Assembly (NCBI GenBank): GCA_963774045.1
Contig: CAVZED010000033.1
Location: 64,379 to 128,378, forward strand
Origin: an uncultured Pseudomonadota bacterium
GTDB lineage: Bacteria > Pseudomonadota > Gammaproteobacteria > Steroidobacterales > Steroidobacteraceae
DNA length: 64,000 bases
Direction of reading: 5' to 3'
Shown: positions 48,767-59,886 of the stretch, in pieces
Numbering within the stretch: the stretch's first letter is position 1
Layout: each line of letters starts with the position of its first letter
The notes under the pieces: model-generated
Told to the model about the DNA's origin: nothing
The model's input: the letters and a program-made list of their open reading frames with translations, nothing else
Database searches by the model: none
Made by a program: the position numbers and the translations under genes

Positions 48767-50287
48767 TTGTGCGTTGCGGATCCGGAGTGCCAATCGTCAT
48801 GCCATCGTGCGAAGCTCGGCGTCGTGGCAAGAGTTCCGGTCGGTGTCGGTCCGCGTTTTCCGCAGGTCGTCGTGTTGTTCGGCGCGACGGGCGACCTCGC
48901 GCGCCGCAAACTGATTCCCGGCATCCTGCACCTGGCGCACGCCGGGTTCATTCCGACCTGTCGCATCATCGGTGTGTCGCTCGACGAGCTCAGCGCGGAG
49001 GGCTTTCGGGCGTTCGCGAAGCAGGCGCTCGATGAGTTCTCCTCGCGCAAGGTCACCGACGCGGAATGGAGCGCGTTCGCCAGCACGCTCGACTACGTGC
49101 CGCTTTCGGCCGGTGCTTCCGCGATCGCCGCGGCGGTGACACGCGCGGAGCACGCCATCGGCAGCGAATCGCGCCGGCTGCACTATCTTTCGGTGCCGCC
49201 GGCCGCCGCGCTGTCCGCGGTGCGCACGCTCGGCGATGCCGGGCTGGTCGCGAACTCGCGCATCATCATGGAGAAGCCGTTCGGCACGGACCTCGTGAGC
49301 GCCGTGGCGCTCAACGCGAAGCTGCACGAGGTGTTCAAGGAAGAGCAGATATTCCGCATCGACCACTTCCTCGGCAAGGAGCCCGCGCAGAACATTCTCG
49401 CGTTTCGTTTCGCGAACGGATTGTTCGAGCCGATCTGGAACCGCAACTTCATCGATCACATCCAGATCGACGTGCCCGAAACGCTGGGGCTCGGCAAACG
49501 CACCGGCTTCTACGAATCCACCGGTGCGTATCGCGACATGGTGGTGACGCACCTGTTCCAGATCCTGGGCTTCGTCGCGATGGAGGCGCCGACCCATCTC
49601 GCGCCGCAGGCCATCAGCGAAGAGAAGGTGAAGGTGTTCCGCAGCATGCTGCCGATCCAGCCGGCGGACGTGGTGCGCGGGCAGTACATCGGGTACCGCG
49701 CGGAAGAGGGCGTCTCGCCGGATTCGGATACCGAGACGTTCATCGCGTTGAAGTGCAACATCGACAACTGGCGCTGGGCCGGCGTGCCGTTCTATCTACG
49801 CACCGGCAAGAAGCTGGCGGAAGGTCAGCGCATCATCTCCATCGCGTTCAAGGAGCCGCCGAAGAGCATGTTCCCCGCGGACTCCGGTATCGGCGCGCAC
49901 GGACCGGATCACCTCACGTTCGATCTCGCGGATGCCGCGAAAACGTCGCTGTCGTTCTACGGCAAACGTCCGGGCCCGGGCATGAAGCTCGACAAGCACA
50001 GCCTGCAGTTCGCGATGCACGACACCGGCCAGATCGGCGACGTGCTCGAGGCGTATGAGCGGCTGATCCTCGACGCGATGCGTGGCGATCACACGTTGTT
50101 CACGACGGCGGAGGGCATCGAGCGGTTGTGGGAGGTGTCGGTGCCGCTGCTCGAGTCGCCGCCACCGGTGAAATCCTATTCGCCCGGCTCCTGGGGGCCG
50201 AACGCGATCCACCAGCTCGTTGCTCCGCACGCCTGGCGCCTGCCGTTCGAACGCGCCTGGCGCGATCCCAACAAACAGGGCGCATGA
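48767..50287 (+). CDS. zwf: glucose-6-phosphate 1-dehydrogenase
   Basis: [41 protein letters not shown]. Intact. The true start is probably downstream of 48767. Confidence 0.9.
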   Translation: MCVADPECQSSCHRAKLGVVARVPVGVGPRFPQVVVLFGATGDLARRKLIPGILHLAHAGFIPTCRIIGVSLDELSAEGFRAFAKQALDEFSSRKVTDAEWSAFASTLDYVPLSAGASAIAAAVTRAEHAIGSESRRLHYLSVPPAAALSAVRTLGDAGLVANSRIIMEKPFGTDLVSAVALNAKLHEVFKEEQIFRIDHFLGKEPAQNILAFRFANGLFEPIWNRNFIDHIQIDVPETLGLGKRTGFYESTGAYRDMVVTHLFQILGFVAMEAPTHLAPQAISEEKVKVFRSMLPIQPADVVRGQYIGYRAEEGVSPDSDTETFIALKCNIDNWRWAGVPFYLRTGKKLAEGQRIISIAFKEPPKSMFPADSGIGAHGPDHLTFDLADAAKTSLSFYGKRPGPGMKLDKHSLQFAMHDTGQIGDVLEAYERLILDAMRGDHTLFTTAEGIERLWEVSVPLLESPPPVKSYSPGSWGPNAIHQLVAPHAWRLPFERAWRDPNKQGA

Positions 50288-50319
50288 CACATAGATAAGA
50301 GTGAGAGGCCAAATGCCAG

Positions 50320-50358
50320 TCATTCTTGATTGCAATCAAGAATGATTCGCAATAGCAT
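50320..50358. promoter_or_regulatory. 26-bp perfect palindrome plus Fur-box-like AT-rich sequence
   Basis: tcattcttgattg|caatcaagaatga (50320-50345) is followed by ttcgcaatagcat. The stretch aagaatgattcgcaatagc matches 12/19 of GATAATGATAATCATTATC. It lies about 115-155 bp upstream of a siderophore-receptor gene. Confidence 0.4.
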
Positions 50359-50473
50359 GCGAGCGATGCCGAAACGGGGGATCCGTTTCGGCTGTCCGCC
50401 CCGGCACTTAGCCAGCAACTCCCGCCCGGGATAGCCAGCGCACTCGGGGTACCTGTGCAATGGGAGCTATCTC

Positions 50474-52746
50474 GTGTCGATCTCATTTACCCGCAGCCGC
50501 ATCGCCGCTGCCGTGAGCCTCGCGCTGGCCTCGACCGTCCAGGCGCAAACGCCGCCGGACGAGCCGAAAACGATGTCGAAGATCTCGGTGGAAGCCACCG
50601 AGCCGGTCGAAACGCCCAAGGTCGATCGCGTCGAGTCGCCGAAATTCACGCAGCCGCTGCTCGACACTCCGCAGACCATCGCGGTCGTCAGCAGGGCGGT
50701 GCTCCGGCAGCAGGGCGCGACCACGCTGTCCGCAGGCGCTGCGCAACACTCCCGGCGTCACCTTCCTGCTCGGCGAGAACGGCAACACCGCGACCGGCGA
50801 TTCCATCTTCATGCGCGGCTTCGACACGCAGGGCTCCATCTTCGTCGACGGCATCCGCGACCTCGGCACCGTCTCGCGCGACGTGTTCAACACCGAGCAG
50901 GTCGAAATCGCCAAGGGCCCGTCGGGTCCGGACTACGGCCGCGGCGCGGCCTCGGGCTACGTGAATCTCGCGAGCAAGGTGCCCATCGCAGAACGACTCC
51001 TGGTCCGGCTCGGCGAGCTACGGCACGGCCAGCAACGCCCGGATCACCGGCGATCTCAATCACGCCTTCGAAGACTCCGGCACCGCGCTGCGCCTGAACG
51101 TGCTCGGCCAGGAAGGCGAAGTCGATGGCCGCGATTTCATCGAGCGCAAGAGCTGGGCGTTCGCGCCGTCGCTGGCGTTCGGCCTCGGCGGCGACACGCG
51201 CGCGTATTTCTATCGCGCTGCACACCGAGCAGGACAACACGCCCGACGGCGGCGTGCCGACGATCGGCGTCGAAGGCTTCTACAACCCGGCCTTCGATAC
51301 CGGTCGGTGCGAACGCGGGCGTCATCCCGACGCGCGTCGACCGCGACAACTATTACGGCCTCGTCAGCGACTTCGAAGAGATCAAGGGCACGATGTTCAC
51401 GGCGCGCTTCGAACACGACTTCAGCGAGAACGTCTCGATCCGCAACACCTCGCGTTATGGCCGCCTGCAGCAGTTCTACGTGCTCACCGGCGTGAACGCG
51501 CTGACCGTGACCGACCCGAATCCGGACAACTGGACCGTGGCGCGCACGCGCCAGGCGAAGAACCAGGAAAACACGCTGCTGACGAACCAGACCAACTTCA
51601 CCGCGAATCTCGCGTCCGGTTCCCTGCAGCCACACCTCACGGGCGGCATCGAGTTCATCAACGAGGAGCAGTACAACCCCACCTATGCAGGGCTCGGCAC
51701 GCCGATCACGCCCGCGAATGTCTACAACCCGAATCGCAACGACGTGCAGCCGGGCTACGCGCCGGTGCGCAACGGCCGCTACGCCCGCGGCGAAACGCAG
51801 ACCGCCGGCGTGTACCTGTTCGACACGCTGACGTTCAACGAGCATTGGGAAGCGACGGCGGGCTTCCGCGTCGACAGCTTCGAGACGGATTTCGACAGCG
51901 CGGTCTTCTCGACTCCCGAAAGCCACCCGACGCTGCCCGTGGGTACGCTGGTTCCGGCGCCAGCGTCGGTCGACGACACGTTGTTCTCGTACAAGGTCGG
52001 CGTGGTCTTCAAGCCGGTCGAGAACGGCAGCATCTATCTGTCGCATGCGATTTCGCAGCAGCCGCCCGGCGGCGCGAACCTGACGTTCTCCAGCAACGCT
52101 AACAACATCAACAATCCGAACCTCGACCCCACCGAGGGCAGCAACCTCGAGCTCGGCACGAAGTGGGAATTCCGTGGCGGCGCGCTGGCCGTGACCGGCG
52201 CCGTCTATCGACAGCGAGAGCAAGAACGAGCTGACGCAGGATCCGAACGATCCCACCATCATCTTCCAGCTCGGCAAGCGCAGCGTCGAAGGCGTGGAGG
52301 TTGGGCTGGTCGGCAAACTCACCGACAACTGGGAGATCAGCGCCGGTGTCGCGAAGATGGAGACCGAGGTCGAGCGCGGGCTCGCCAACCAGAACGGCCT
52401 GCAGATCACGTGGTCACCCGAGCTCACGTTCACGAGCTGGACGACTTATCACACGCCTTTCGGTCTTTCGATCGGCGGCGGCTTCCGCTACGTCGACAGC
52501 GTCATCCGCCCGGTCGAGCTCGAACAGCGCGCCGCCGCCGCCGAATCAGACCAACATGCGCAGCACGCCCGACTACTGGGTGGTCGACCTGATGGCGGCT
52601 ACGAGATCAACGAGAAGGTGTCACTGCAGTTGAACGCGTACAACCTCACCGACGAGTTCTACGTCTCCACGCTGAACAACAGCGGCGCGCGTTACTCGCC
52701 GGGTGCTCCCCGCTCCGGCCTTCTGACGGTGAACTTCACCTTCTAA
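50474..52746 (+). pseudogene. TonB-dependent siderophore receptor (Fiu/PiuA-like), several frame changes
   Basis: GTG 50474 follows GGGAG. Signal peptide, KFTQPLLDTPQTIAVVS, FMRGFDTQGSIFVDGIRD, EIAKGPSGPDYGRGAASG. The barrel ends ...GLLTVNFTF. Confidence 0.85.
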
Positions 52747-52772
52747 CAGCCGTTATGCGAGCATCCGGCCAC

Positions 52773-53456
52773 ATGATGATCCATGTGCCGAAGGTCCTGA
52801 CATCCGAGCAGGTGGCGGAATGCCGCCGCCTGCTCGACGGCGCCGAATGGACCGACGGCAAGGCAACCGTCGGGCGAGCAGGGCGCGCTGGTGAAGCGCA
52901 ACCGCCAGCTTCCGGAACTCTCGCCGGTCGGGCCGCCAGCTCGGCGAGCTGATCCTCACCGCGCTGGCGCGCAATGCGCTGTTCTTCTCGGCGGCGCTGC
53001 CGCTCAAGACCGTGCCGCCGCTGTTCAACCGCTACGAGGGCGGCGAGCACTACGGCACGCACATCGACGGCGCCGTGCGCGCGGTGCCCGGCAGCTCGCA
53101 TTTCATCCGCACCGATCTTTCCTCGACGTTGTTCCTCACCGATCCCGCCGACTACGACGGCGGCGAGCTCGTGGTGTTCGACACCTACGGCGCGCACCAG
53201 GTCAAACTACCGGCCGGTGACCTGATCCTGTACACCTCCGGCAGCCTGCACCGCGTGAACCCGGTGACGCGCGGCGCGCGCGTGAGCTCGTTCTTCTGGA
53301 CGCAGAGCATGGTGCCGGACGAACGCTACCGCGAGACGCTGTTCAAGCTCGACCAGAACATCCAGCAGATCCGCGCGCAAATACGGCGAGACGGACGAGA
53401 CCGTGGCGCTCGCCGGGCACTATCACAACCTGCTGAGGATGTGGTCGGAGATCTAG
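52773..53456 (+). pseudogene. piuC: Fe(II)/2OG-dependent PKHD-type hydroxylase (PiuC/YbiX-like), frame changes
   Basis: [32 protein letters not shown]..., [49 protein letters not shown]. It ends ...NLLRMWSEI. The pieces lie in at least 3 frames. Confidence 0.8.
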
Positions 53457-53457
53457 G

Positions 53458-54575
53458 TCAGGTTGCGCGCGTTCGCGCGGCGAGCTCGCGGATGCTCAAG
53501 CCCTTCAGCGGCTCCATCAGCTCTTCCACCGTCAGCAGCCCCATGCAGGGGTATCGCGCCGGATGGCAGCGCCTGGCCTGCGGCAAGCTTGTTGGCCAGC
53601 GCGATCGCGGCGGCGCAGGGGATGTGCGGCCCGTCGTTCTCGCGCGCGACCAGGTTCCAGGTGAGCGAGAGCGGATCGCCATCGGGATCCACGCCCTCCA
53701 TCGTGATGAACATTCCGCCGCGGTCGCTGACGATGGGCTGGATCCAGCGCGCGACGCGGTACATCGGGCCCGCGAACGCCAGCGCGCTTTTCAGCTTCCC
53801 GTCTCGCACCCGCCTGGCGACCCACTCGACGATGCCGTGAGCGTGGCGGCTGCCGAAGCCCGCGTGGAAACTCGCGGTCTTCAGACCCGGATAACGCTGC
53901 GGCAGCAGGTCGAGGTCGGGGACGTCGCAGCGTCCGAGCGGTCGCGGTCCGACCGGTTTCGGAAACTCGTGTTCGATCGTGTCGAGCCAGCCGTACTCCA
54001 CCGTCCATTGCCCGTTCTCGAGCACGCGGAATGGTTGCCCGCAGTAGCCGAGCACCGCGCGGATCGTCGCGACGCCGGGCACGAGCGCGCCGGAGGTGAT
54101 GCCGCTGCGCACGGCGTCGAGGCGCGAGAACTCGCCGAGGTAGCGGTCGACCACGGCGGTGGTCAGCGCCGGCAGCGAGCTCGCGCCGCTCACCACCGCG
54201 ACGTTCGCGGCCTTCGCCGCAGCGTCGAGTTTGCCGATGCCGCCGACGAACTCGCGGCCGTCGGCCAGGTCAAGGTAGTTAGCGCCGGCCTGGATCGCGG
54301 CCTGCGCCACGGCGTAGTTCTGGTCCTGGAACGGACCGGCGGTGTGGATCAGCGTGTTCACGCCGAGCTTGCGCAGGGTCTGCGAGAACTGCGGGCTGGT
54401 CGCATCCAGCGCGCGCGAATTCTCGGCGCGCAGTCCCACCTGGTAGGCGAAGGCCGTGGCCTTCTCGGCGCTGCGCCCGGCGATGATCGAGCTGGATGCG
54501 TGGATTGCGCGCCAGCGCCGCGCAGATGCGGCCGCCGAAGAACCCATACCCGCCCAGCACGAGGATTCGCTGCAT
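53458..54575 (-). pseudogene. saccharopine dehydrogenase-like NAD(P)-binding protein, at least 2 frame changes
   Basis: [17 protein letters not shown] (Rossmann fold) in one frame and [13 protein letters not shown]...LIHTAGPFQ... in ORF 53453..54547. The C-terminus is in a third frame. Confidence 0.65.
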
Positions 54576-54626
54576 GGTTAAATCCGGACCTGGTGAGACC
54601 TGACCAACAATAGCAGTTGCACGGAT

Positions 54627-55133
54627 ATGCCCCGCGTTGTCGTCCATTTGCGTCGTCGCGACCTGCTGCGCGCCCAGTTCCAGATGATCCGGCGCATGCC
54701 CGTCTTCAAACTTCTGTTCGTCGCGCTGCTGGCCTGGAACGCCTGGCTCTGGTTCAGCACTTCGCCAACGCCGGGAATCGCCGCAGCCTTCGCGCATCTG
54801 CTCACCGCCGTTCTTTTCACGGGCGCCGCTCTCCTGATCACCTATGGAATTGCCGTCATCCTGATGCTCAAGCGACTGGGCAGCACACCGGGCGTGCTCG
54901 GCGAACACGCGTTCGAGATCACGCAGGACGGTTTGCGCGAAGTCACTGAAGTCAGCGAGATTCGCGTGGCCTTCGGCGCGGCCCGGAAAGTGTTCCGCAC
55001 GCGCTCGTTCCTGTTCGCGCTGGTCAACTCGCGCGGTGCGTTCCTCTTTCCACGGCACGCATTCGCGGATTCCTCAGCTTACGAGGAGTTTTGGAATGCC
55101 CTCCAACCGCTGGCCGGGAAAAAGAATTCCTGA
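54627..55133 (+). CDS. YcxB-like membrane protein
   Basis: Two N-terminal TM helices followed by ...FEITQDGLREV...FLFPRHAF. Confidence 0.45.
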   Translation: MPRVVVHLRRRDLLRAQFQMIRRMPVFKLLFVALLAWNAWLWFSTSPTPGIAAAFAHLLTAVLFTGAALLITYGIAVILMLKRLGSTPGVLGEHAFEITQDGLREVTEVSEIRVAFGAARKVFRTRSFLFALVNSRGAFLFPRHAFADSSAYEEFWNALQPLAGKKNS

Positions 55134-55269
55134 GGCGCCGCGCCGGGCAACTGGCGAAGATTCGTACAGCTGAATCGGGCGCGAATCGCGCGTTATGTAT
55201 GCTCCCGCTCCGCGGGCACTGACCGTACAATCGCGCACCACAATTACTTTCGATGAAGGGCCGAACGCC

Positions 55270-55792
55270 ATGGCACGGGGAATCAACAAAGTCATCCTGA
55301 TCGGCAATCTGGGCGCAGACCCGGAAACCCGTGCCATGCCTTCGGGCATGACGGTCGCGAACATCCGCGTGGCCACCAGCGAGAACTGGAAAGACAAGCA
55401 GTCGGGCGAGAACAAGGAACGCACCGAATGGCACAACGTCGCCATGTTCGGTCGCCTCGGTGAAATCGCCGGCGAATACCTGAAGAAGGGCTCGAAGGTG
55501 TACATCGAAGGCAGCCTGCGCACGAGAAAATGGCAGGACAAGTCCGGCAACGACCGATACACCACGGAAATCATCGCCAACGAAATGCAGATGCTCGACA
55601 GCCGCGGTGGCGGCGGCATGGGCGGCGGTGGCGGTGGTGATCACGCCGGTGGTGGTGGCGGCGGCGCGGCGTCAGCAATCCAACGCTCCGGACGACTACG
55701 ACCAGGGCGGTCCTCCGGCCGGCGGTGGCGGTGGCGGTGGCGGAGGCGGCGACAAGGGCGGCGGCGAGTTCGACGACGACATCCCGTTCTGA
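55270..55792 (+). pseudogene. ssb: single-stranded DNA-binding protein, frame change inside the Gly-rich tract
   Basis: [21 protein letters not shown]...TEWHNV in the first frame. The obligatory acidic tip ...EFDDDIPF is in ORF 55607..55792. The switch is at about 55650-55665, within GGC/GCG repeats. Confidence 0.85.
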
Positions 55793-55895
55793 CCTCCCGA
55801 CTTTCGCCGATCGCGACTCGTTGGTAGCGGGGCAGTGATCGAGGGACGGTCTCTACCGGTGTAATGATCTCCGCGCGCCATCGTCTACCTGAGGC

Positions 55896-56462
55896 ATGGC
55901 GACCTCATGCGTGAGCATCGAAATGGAAATCCCGGTCCCGGCTGAGACCCCGCTCGACCAGGATGCCCTGTACGAACGGGTGAACGCCGAGTTCGGACCC
56001 GTGCTGGTACGCCTGGCCCGCTCCTACGAAGCCAATCCATCCCAGCAGCAGGATCTGCTGCAGGAAATCCACATCGCGCTGTGGCGCAGCCTTCGGGCCT
56101 TCGCCGGGCGCTGCAGCCTGCGCACCTGGGTGTATCGCGTCTCCCACAACGCCGCGGCCAGCTACGTCCAGCGGCGGCGTCGCAAGACGAAGGATCTCGT
56201 CGATCTCGAAGACATCGAGATCGCATCCGACGCGCCGGACATCGACGTGGCCGTCGACGAATCCCGGATGTTGTCGCGCCTGCACGCGGTGGTGCAGCGG
56301 CTCAAGCCGCTCGACCGGCAGGTGTTCGTTCTCTATCTCGAGGGTCTGACCATGGAAGACATCGCGGAGATAGCCGGCCTCACCGAAACCAACACGCGCA
56401 CCAAACTACATCGCATGCGCGCGCTGCTCTCCACGCAGTTGCGCACCGGAGGCAATACATGA
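55896..56462 (+). CDS. ECF-type RNA polymerase sigma factor
   Basis: Region 2 is DLLQEIHIALWRSL. Region 4 is LEGLTMEDIAEIAGLTETNTRTKLHRMRALL. Confidence 0.8.
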   Translation: MATSCVSIEMEIPVPAETPLDQDALYERVNAEFGPVLVRLARSYEANPSQQQDLLQEIHIALWRSLRAFAGRCSLRTWVYRVSHNAAASYVQRRRRKTKDLVDLEDIEIASDAPDIDVAVDESRMLSRLHAVVQRLKPLDRQVFVLYLEGLTMEDIAEIAGLTETNTRTKLHRMRALLSTQLRTGGNT

Positions 56463-57022
56463 ACGTTCAGCAGGTCTGGCAGTCGCAGGCCACCGAAGCG
56501 CCGCGCATCTCGCTCGACTACGTGCGGCACGGCGCCACCGCGCTCGAGCGTCGCGCGCGGTGGCGCAACGCGCTGGAGTACGGCACGGCGGTGTTCGGCT
56601 GCGGCCTGTTTCTCCTGTTGGCGTGGTTTCAGGCCTCCGAACAACCCATCATGGTGGCGGCGCTGATCTGCAGTGCGCTATGGGCGCTCTGGTACATGGT
56701 TCGCTGGCACCAGCTCGCGTCCGTCATGGCCAGGCCGGAGGAAGCGGGAGTCCTCGATACCTTGCGATACCAGCGCAAGCACCTCGAGCGCCAGCGGGAT
56801 GCCCGGCGCGGGAGCTGGCGCTGGTGGGGGCTGACGGCATTGCCGGCTTACGCGTTGTTCATCACCTCACTGATCTTCGAAACGAAACCGGTGCCATGGA
56901 TCGCGGTTGTCCTCCTCGTCGCCTGGCTGATCGTGGGCGGAGGCAGCTTTGCGTGGTACCTCGAGTACGAGGCGCGGCGTTTCCAACGCGAGATCGATGC
57001 GCTCGATTCGCTGAGCTCCTGA
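56459..57022 (+). CDS. 4-TM membrane protein translationally coupled to the ECF sigma (candidate non-canonical anti-sigma)
   Basis: ATGA overlap with the sigma gene stop. There are four hydrophobic helices and no zinc-binding anti-sigma HxxxCxxC motif. Confidence 0.45.
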   Translation: MNVQQVWQSQATEAPRISLDYVRHGATALERRARWRNALEYGTAVFGCGLFLLLAWFQASEQPIMVAALICSALWALWYMVRWHQLASVMARPEEAGVLDTLRYQRKHLERQRDARRGSWRWWGLTALPAYALFITSLIFETKPVPWIAVVLLVAWLIVGGGSFAWYLEYEARRFQREIDALDSLSS

Positions 57023-57108
57023 TCTCCGTAACCTATTGTTTTAAGGAGATAATCTGCCGGATATCCGAAGTGCGATAACCTAGCGCCCGCTTTCCCCCGT
57101 TCCCCTCA

Positions 57109-58437
57109 ATGCCCGGCCGCTACTACATCAAGACTTTCGGCTGCCAGATGAATGAGTACGACTCGACCCGCATGGGTGACGTACTCGGATCGGCTGCCGG
57201 ACTTGAACCCACCGACGATCCGGCCCAGGCCGACGTCCTCCTGATGAACACCTGTTCGGTCCGCGAGAAGGCCGAGGACAAGGTGTATTCGTTGCTGGGC
57301 GAATGGCGCGATCTGAAGAAGCTCAAGCCCCATGTGCTCATCGGCGTCGGCGGCTGCGTCGCGAGCCAGGAAGGCGAGGGCATCACGCGCCGCGCGCCCT
57401 ACGTGGACCTGGTGTTCGGGCCGCAGACGTTGCACCGCCTGCCCGAGATGATCGGACTCACGATGCGCACCGGCCGCGCGGTGGTCGACGTGTCGTTCCC
57501 CGAGATCGAGAAATTCGACAATCTGCCGGCGCCGCGCGCCGAGGGTTCGGCCGCATACGTCTCGGTCATGGAAGGCTGCAGCAAGTACTGCACGTTCTGC
57601 GTCGTTCCGTATACGCGCGGCGACGAGGTGTCGCGTCCGTTCGAATCGGTGATGACCGAGGTGCGCGCGCTGGCCGAACAGGGCGTGGGCGAAATCACGT
57701 TGTTGGGCCAGAACGTCAATGCGTACGCGGGCCCGATGGCCGACGGCGCCATCGTCGACCTCGCGACGCTGATCCATTACGTCGCCGCGGTGCCGGGCGT
57801 CGAACGCGTTCGTTTCACGACGTCACATCCGGTGGAATTCGGCGACTCGCTGATCGAGGCCTATGCCAACGTGCCGAAGCTCGCGAACCACCTGCACCTG
57901 GCGGTGCAGTCGGGATCGGACCGGATCCTCGCGGCAATGAAGCGCGGCTACACGGCGCTCGAGTTCAAGGAAAAGCTGCGGCGCCTGCGCGCGGTGCGGC
58001 CCGACATTGCGGTATCCACCGATATCATCATCGGCTTTCCGGGCGAGACGGAACGCGATTTCGAAGCCACACTGAAACTCGTGCGCGACGTGAATTTCGA
58101 CCAGTCGTTTTCGTTCATCTACAGCCAGCGTCCTGGCACTCCCGCCGCCTCGCTGCCCGACGATGTGCCGCACGAGGTGAAGCAGCAGCGGCTCGCGCAA
58201 CTCCAGGCCCAGCTCAACGAACAGGCGCGCGCCATCAGCGAGACGATGGTCGGCAGCCGCCAGCGCGTGCTGGTCGAGCGCCCCTCGAAGAAGGACGCGC
58301 AGGAACTCGCGGGCAAGACCGAAAACAACCGCTGGGTGAACTTCGCGGGACCCGCGCGCATGATCGGCCGCTTCGTCGACGTCGACATCGTCAAGGCGCT
58401 GCCGCAGTCCCTGCGCGGCCGCCTAGTTCAAGCCTGA
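57109..58437 (+). CDS. miaB: tRNA (N6-isopentenyladenosine-37) methylthiotransferase
   Basis: [14 protein letters not shown] and the radical-SAM motif [15 protein letters not shown]. Intact 442 aa. Confidence 0.9.
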   Translation: MPGRYYIKTFGCQMNEYDSTRMGDVLGSAAGLEPTDDPAQADVLLMNTCSVREKAEDKVYSLLGEWRDLKKLKPHVLIGVGGCVASQEGEGITRRAPYVDLVFGPQTLHRLPEMIGLTMRTGRAVVDVSFPEIEKFDNLPAPRAEGSAAYVSVMEGCSKYCTFCVVPYTRGDEVSRPFESVMTEVRALAEQGVGEITLLGQNVNAYAGPMADGAIVDLATLIHYVAAVPGVERVRFTTSHPVEFGDSLIEAYANVPKLANHLHLAVQSGSDRILAAMKRGYTALEFKEKLRRLRAVRPDIAVSTDIIIGFPGETERDFEATLKLVRDVNFDQSFSFIYSQRPGTPAASLPDDVPHEVKQQRLAQLQAQLNEQARAISETMVGSRQRVLVERPSKKDAQELAGKTENNRWVNFAGPARMIGRFVDVDIVKALPQSLRGRLVQA

Positions 58438-58441
58438 CCAG

Positions 58442-59422
58442 ATGTCCACTCCCGCTCCCGTCGAACCCGCCCGCGAATTCGATCTCGTGCCAGCCGACAA
58501 CGCGCGGCTGGCCAATCTCTGCGGCCCGCTCGACGAGAACCTGCGTCTCGTCGAAGACCGCCTGGGGGTGACCGTGAAGCGGCGCGGCGCGACCTTCCGC
58601 GTCGCGGGCGCGCGTGCTCACGCCGCCGAAGACCTGCTGCGCGACCTCTTCCAGGTCGCCGGCCGGGAAGAGATCTCGCTCGACCGCGTGCACCTGGCGC
58701 TGCGCGATTCGCGCGACATGCCGGGCGCCTTGTCGCCGGATGAACCGGTCGATGCCGCTTCGGTGCGCGTGGCGCGTGGCACCATCCGCGCGCGCGGCCG
58801 CCACCAGCGCGACTACCTGGCGAACATCCACTCGAAGGATCTTTCCTTCGGCATCGGTCCCGCGGGCACGGGCAAGACCTATCTCGCCGTGGCCTGCGCG
58901 GTCGAGGCGCTGCAGACCGAGAAGATCCGCCGCGTGGTGCTGACGCGCCCGGCCGTCGAAGCGGGCGAGCGCCTCGGATTCCTGCCCGGCGATCTCACGC
59001 AGAAGATCGACCCCTATCTCAGGCCCATCTACGACGCTCTCTACGAGATGCTCGGCTTCGATCGCGTGACGCGTTACATCGAGCGCAACGTGATCGAGGT
59101 GGCGCCGCTCGCCTTCATGCGCGGCCGCTCGCTCAACGACTCCTTCATCATCCTCGACGAAGCGCAGAACACCACGCCCGAGCAGATGAAGATGTTCCTC
59201 ACGCGCATCGGCTTCGGCTCGCGCGCGGTGGTCACCGGCGACGTGACGCAGACGGACCTGCCGGCGGGCAAAATCTCGGGGTTGCGGCACGTCGTCAACA
59301 TCCTGCGCAACACCGACGGCGTCTCCTTCACCTTTTTCGATGCGGCGGACGTCGTGCGCCACCCGCTCGTGCAGCGCATCGTGCAGGCGTACGAAGCCCA
59401 TTCGCCCGAAGAGAAGCCATGA
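58442..59422 (+). CDS. ybeZ: PhoH-like ATPase
   Basis: Walker A GPAGTGKTYLAVA, then LDEAQNTT. Confidence 0.9.
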   Translation: MSTPAPVEPAREFDLVPADNARLANLCGPLDENLRLVEDRLGVTVKRRGATFRVAGARAHAAEDLLRDLFQVAGREEISLDRVHLALRDSRDMPGALSPDEPVDAASVRVARGTIRARGRHQRDYLANIHSKDLSFGIGPAGTGKTYLAVACAVEALQTEKIRRVVLTRPAVEAGERLGFLPGDLTQKIDPYLRPIYDALYEMLGFDRVTRYIERNVIEVAPLAFMRGRSLNDSFIILDEAQNTTPEQMKMFLTRIGFGSRAVVTGDVTQTDLPAGKISGLRHVVNILRNTDGVSFTFFDAADVVRHPLVQRIVQAYEAHSPEEKP

Positions 59423-59886
59423 GCGCGCCGCGCGGATTGAAACTGGATCTTGCGCGCGCCACCCGTGCCTGGACACCGGCCCGTTCGCGCATGTGCCATT
59501 GGGCCGCCGCGGCGCTGGGCCGGCGGGGCGAGGGCCGCGAGATCGCGGTGCGTGTCGTGGCGGAACGTGAGAGCCGCGCATTGAACAAGCTGTGGCGCGG
59601 CAAGGACAAGCCGACGAACGTGTTGTCGTTTCCTGCACCGGCCACGCCACCCGCGCATGCGCAGCACCGGCCGCTCGGCGACCTCGTGATCTGCGCGCAG
59701 GTCGTGCGCCAGGAGTCGATCCGCGATGGCAAACCACTCGTTGCGCATTGGGCGCACCTGGTGATTCACGGCGCGCTGCATCTCGCCGGTTACGACCATG
59801 AGCGGGGCGAGCGCGACCGGATGAAAATGGAGCGGCGAGAGATCGCCGTATTGCGCAGCCTTGGATACGGGAACCCCTACCTGTGA
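59419..59886 (+). CDS. ybeY: rRNA maturation endoribonuclease YbeY
   Basis: HLVIHGALHLAGYDH zinc motif. ATGA overlap with ybeZ. Confidence 0.9.
   Translation: MSAPRGLKLDLARATRAWTPARSRMCHWAAAALGRRGEGREIAVRVVAERESRALNKLWRGKDKPTNVLSFPAPATPPAHAQHRPLGDLVICAQVVRQESIRDGKPLVAHWAHLVIHGALHLAGYDHERGERDRMKMERREIAVLRSLGYGNPYL

Noticed and set aside
50368-50392. The hairpin gccgaaacgg-gggat-ccgtttcggc as a regulatory RNA.
   Set aside because: It is a short isolated stem with no T-tract and no conserved riboswitch-like features that I can recognise. It may be a weak zwf 3' structure, which is not enough to call.
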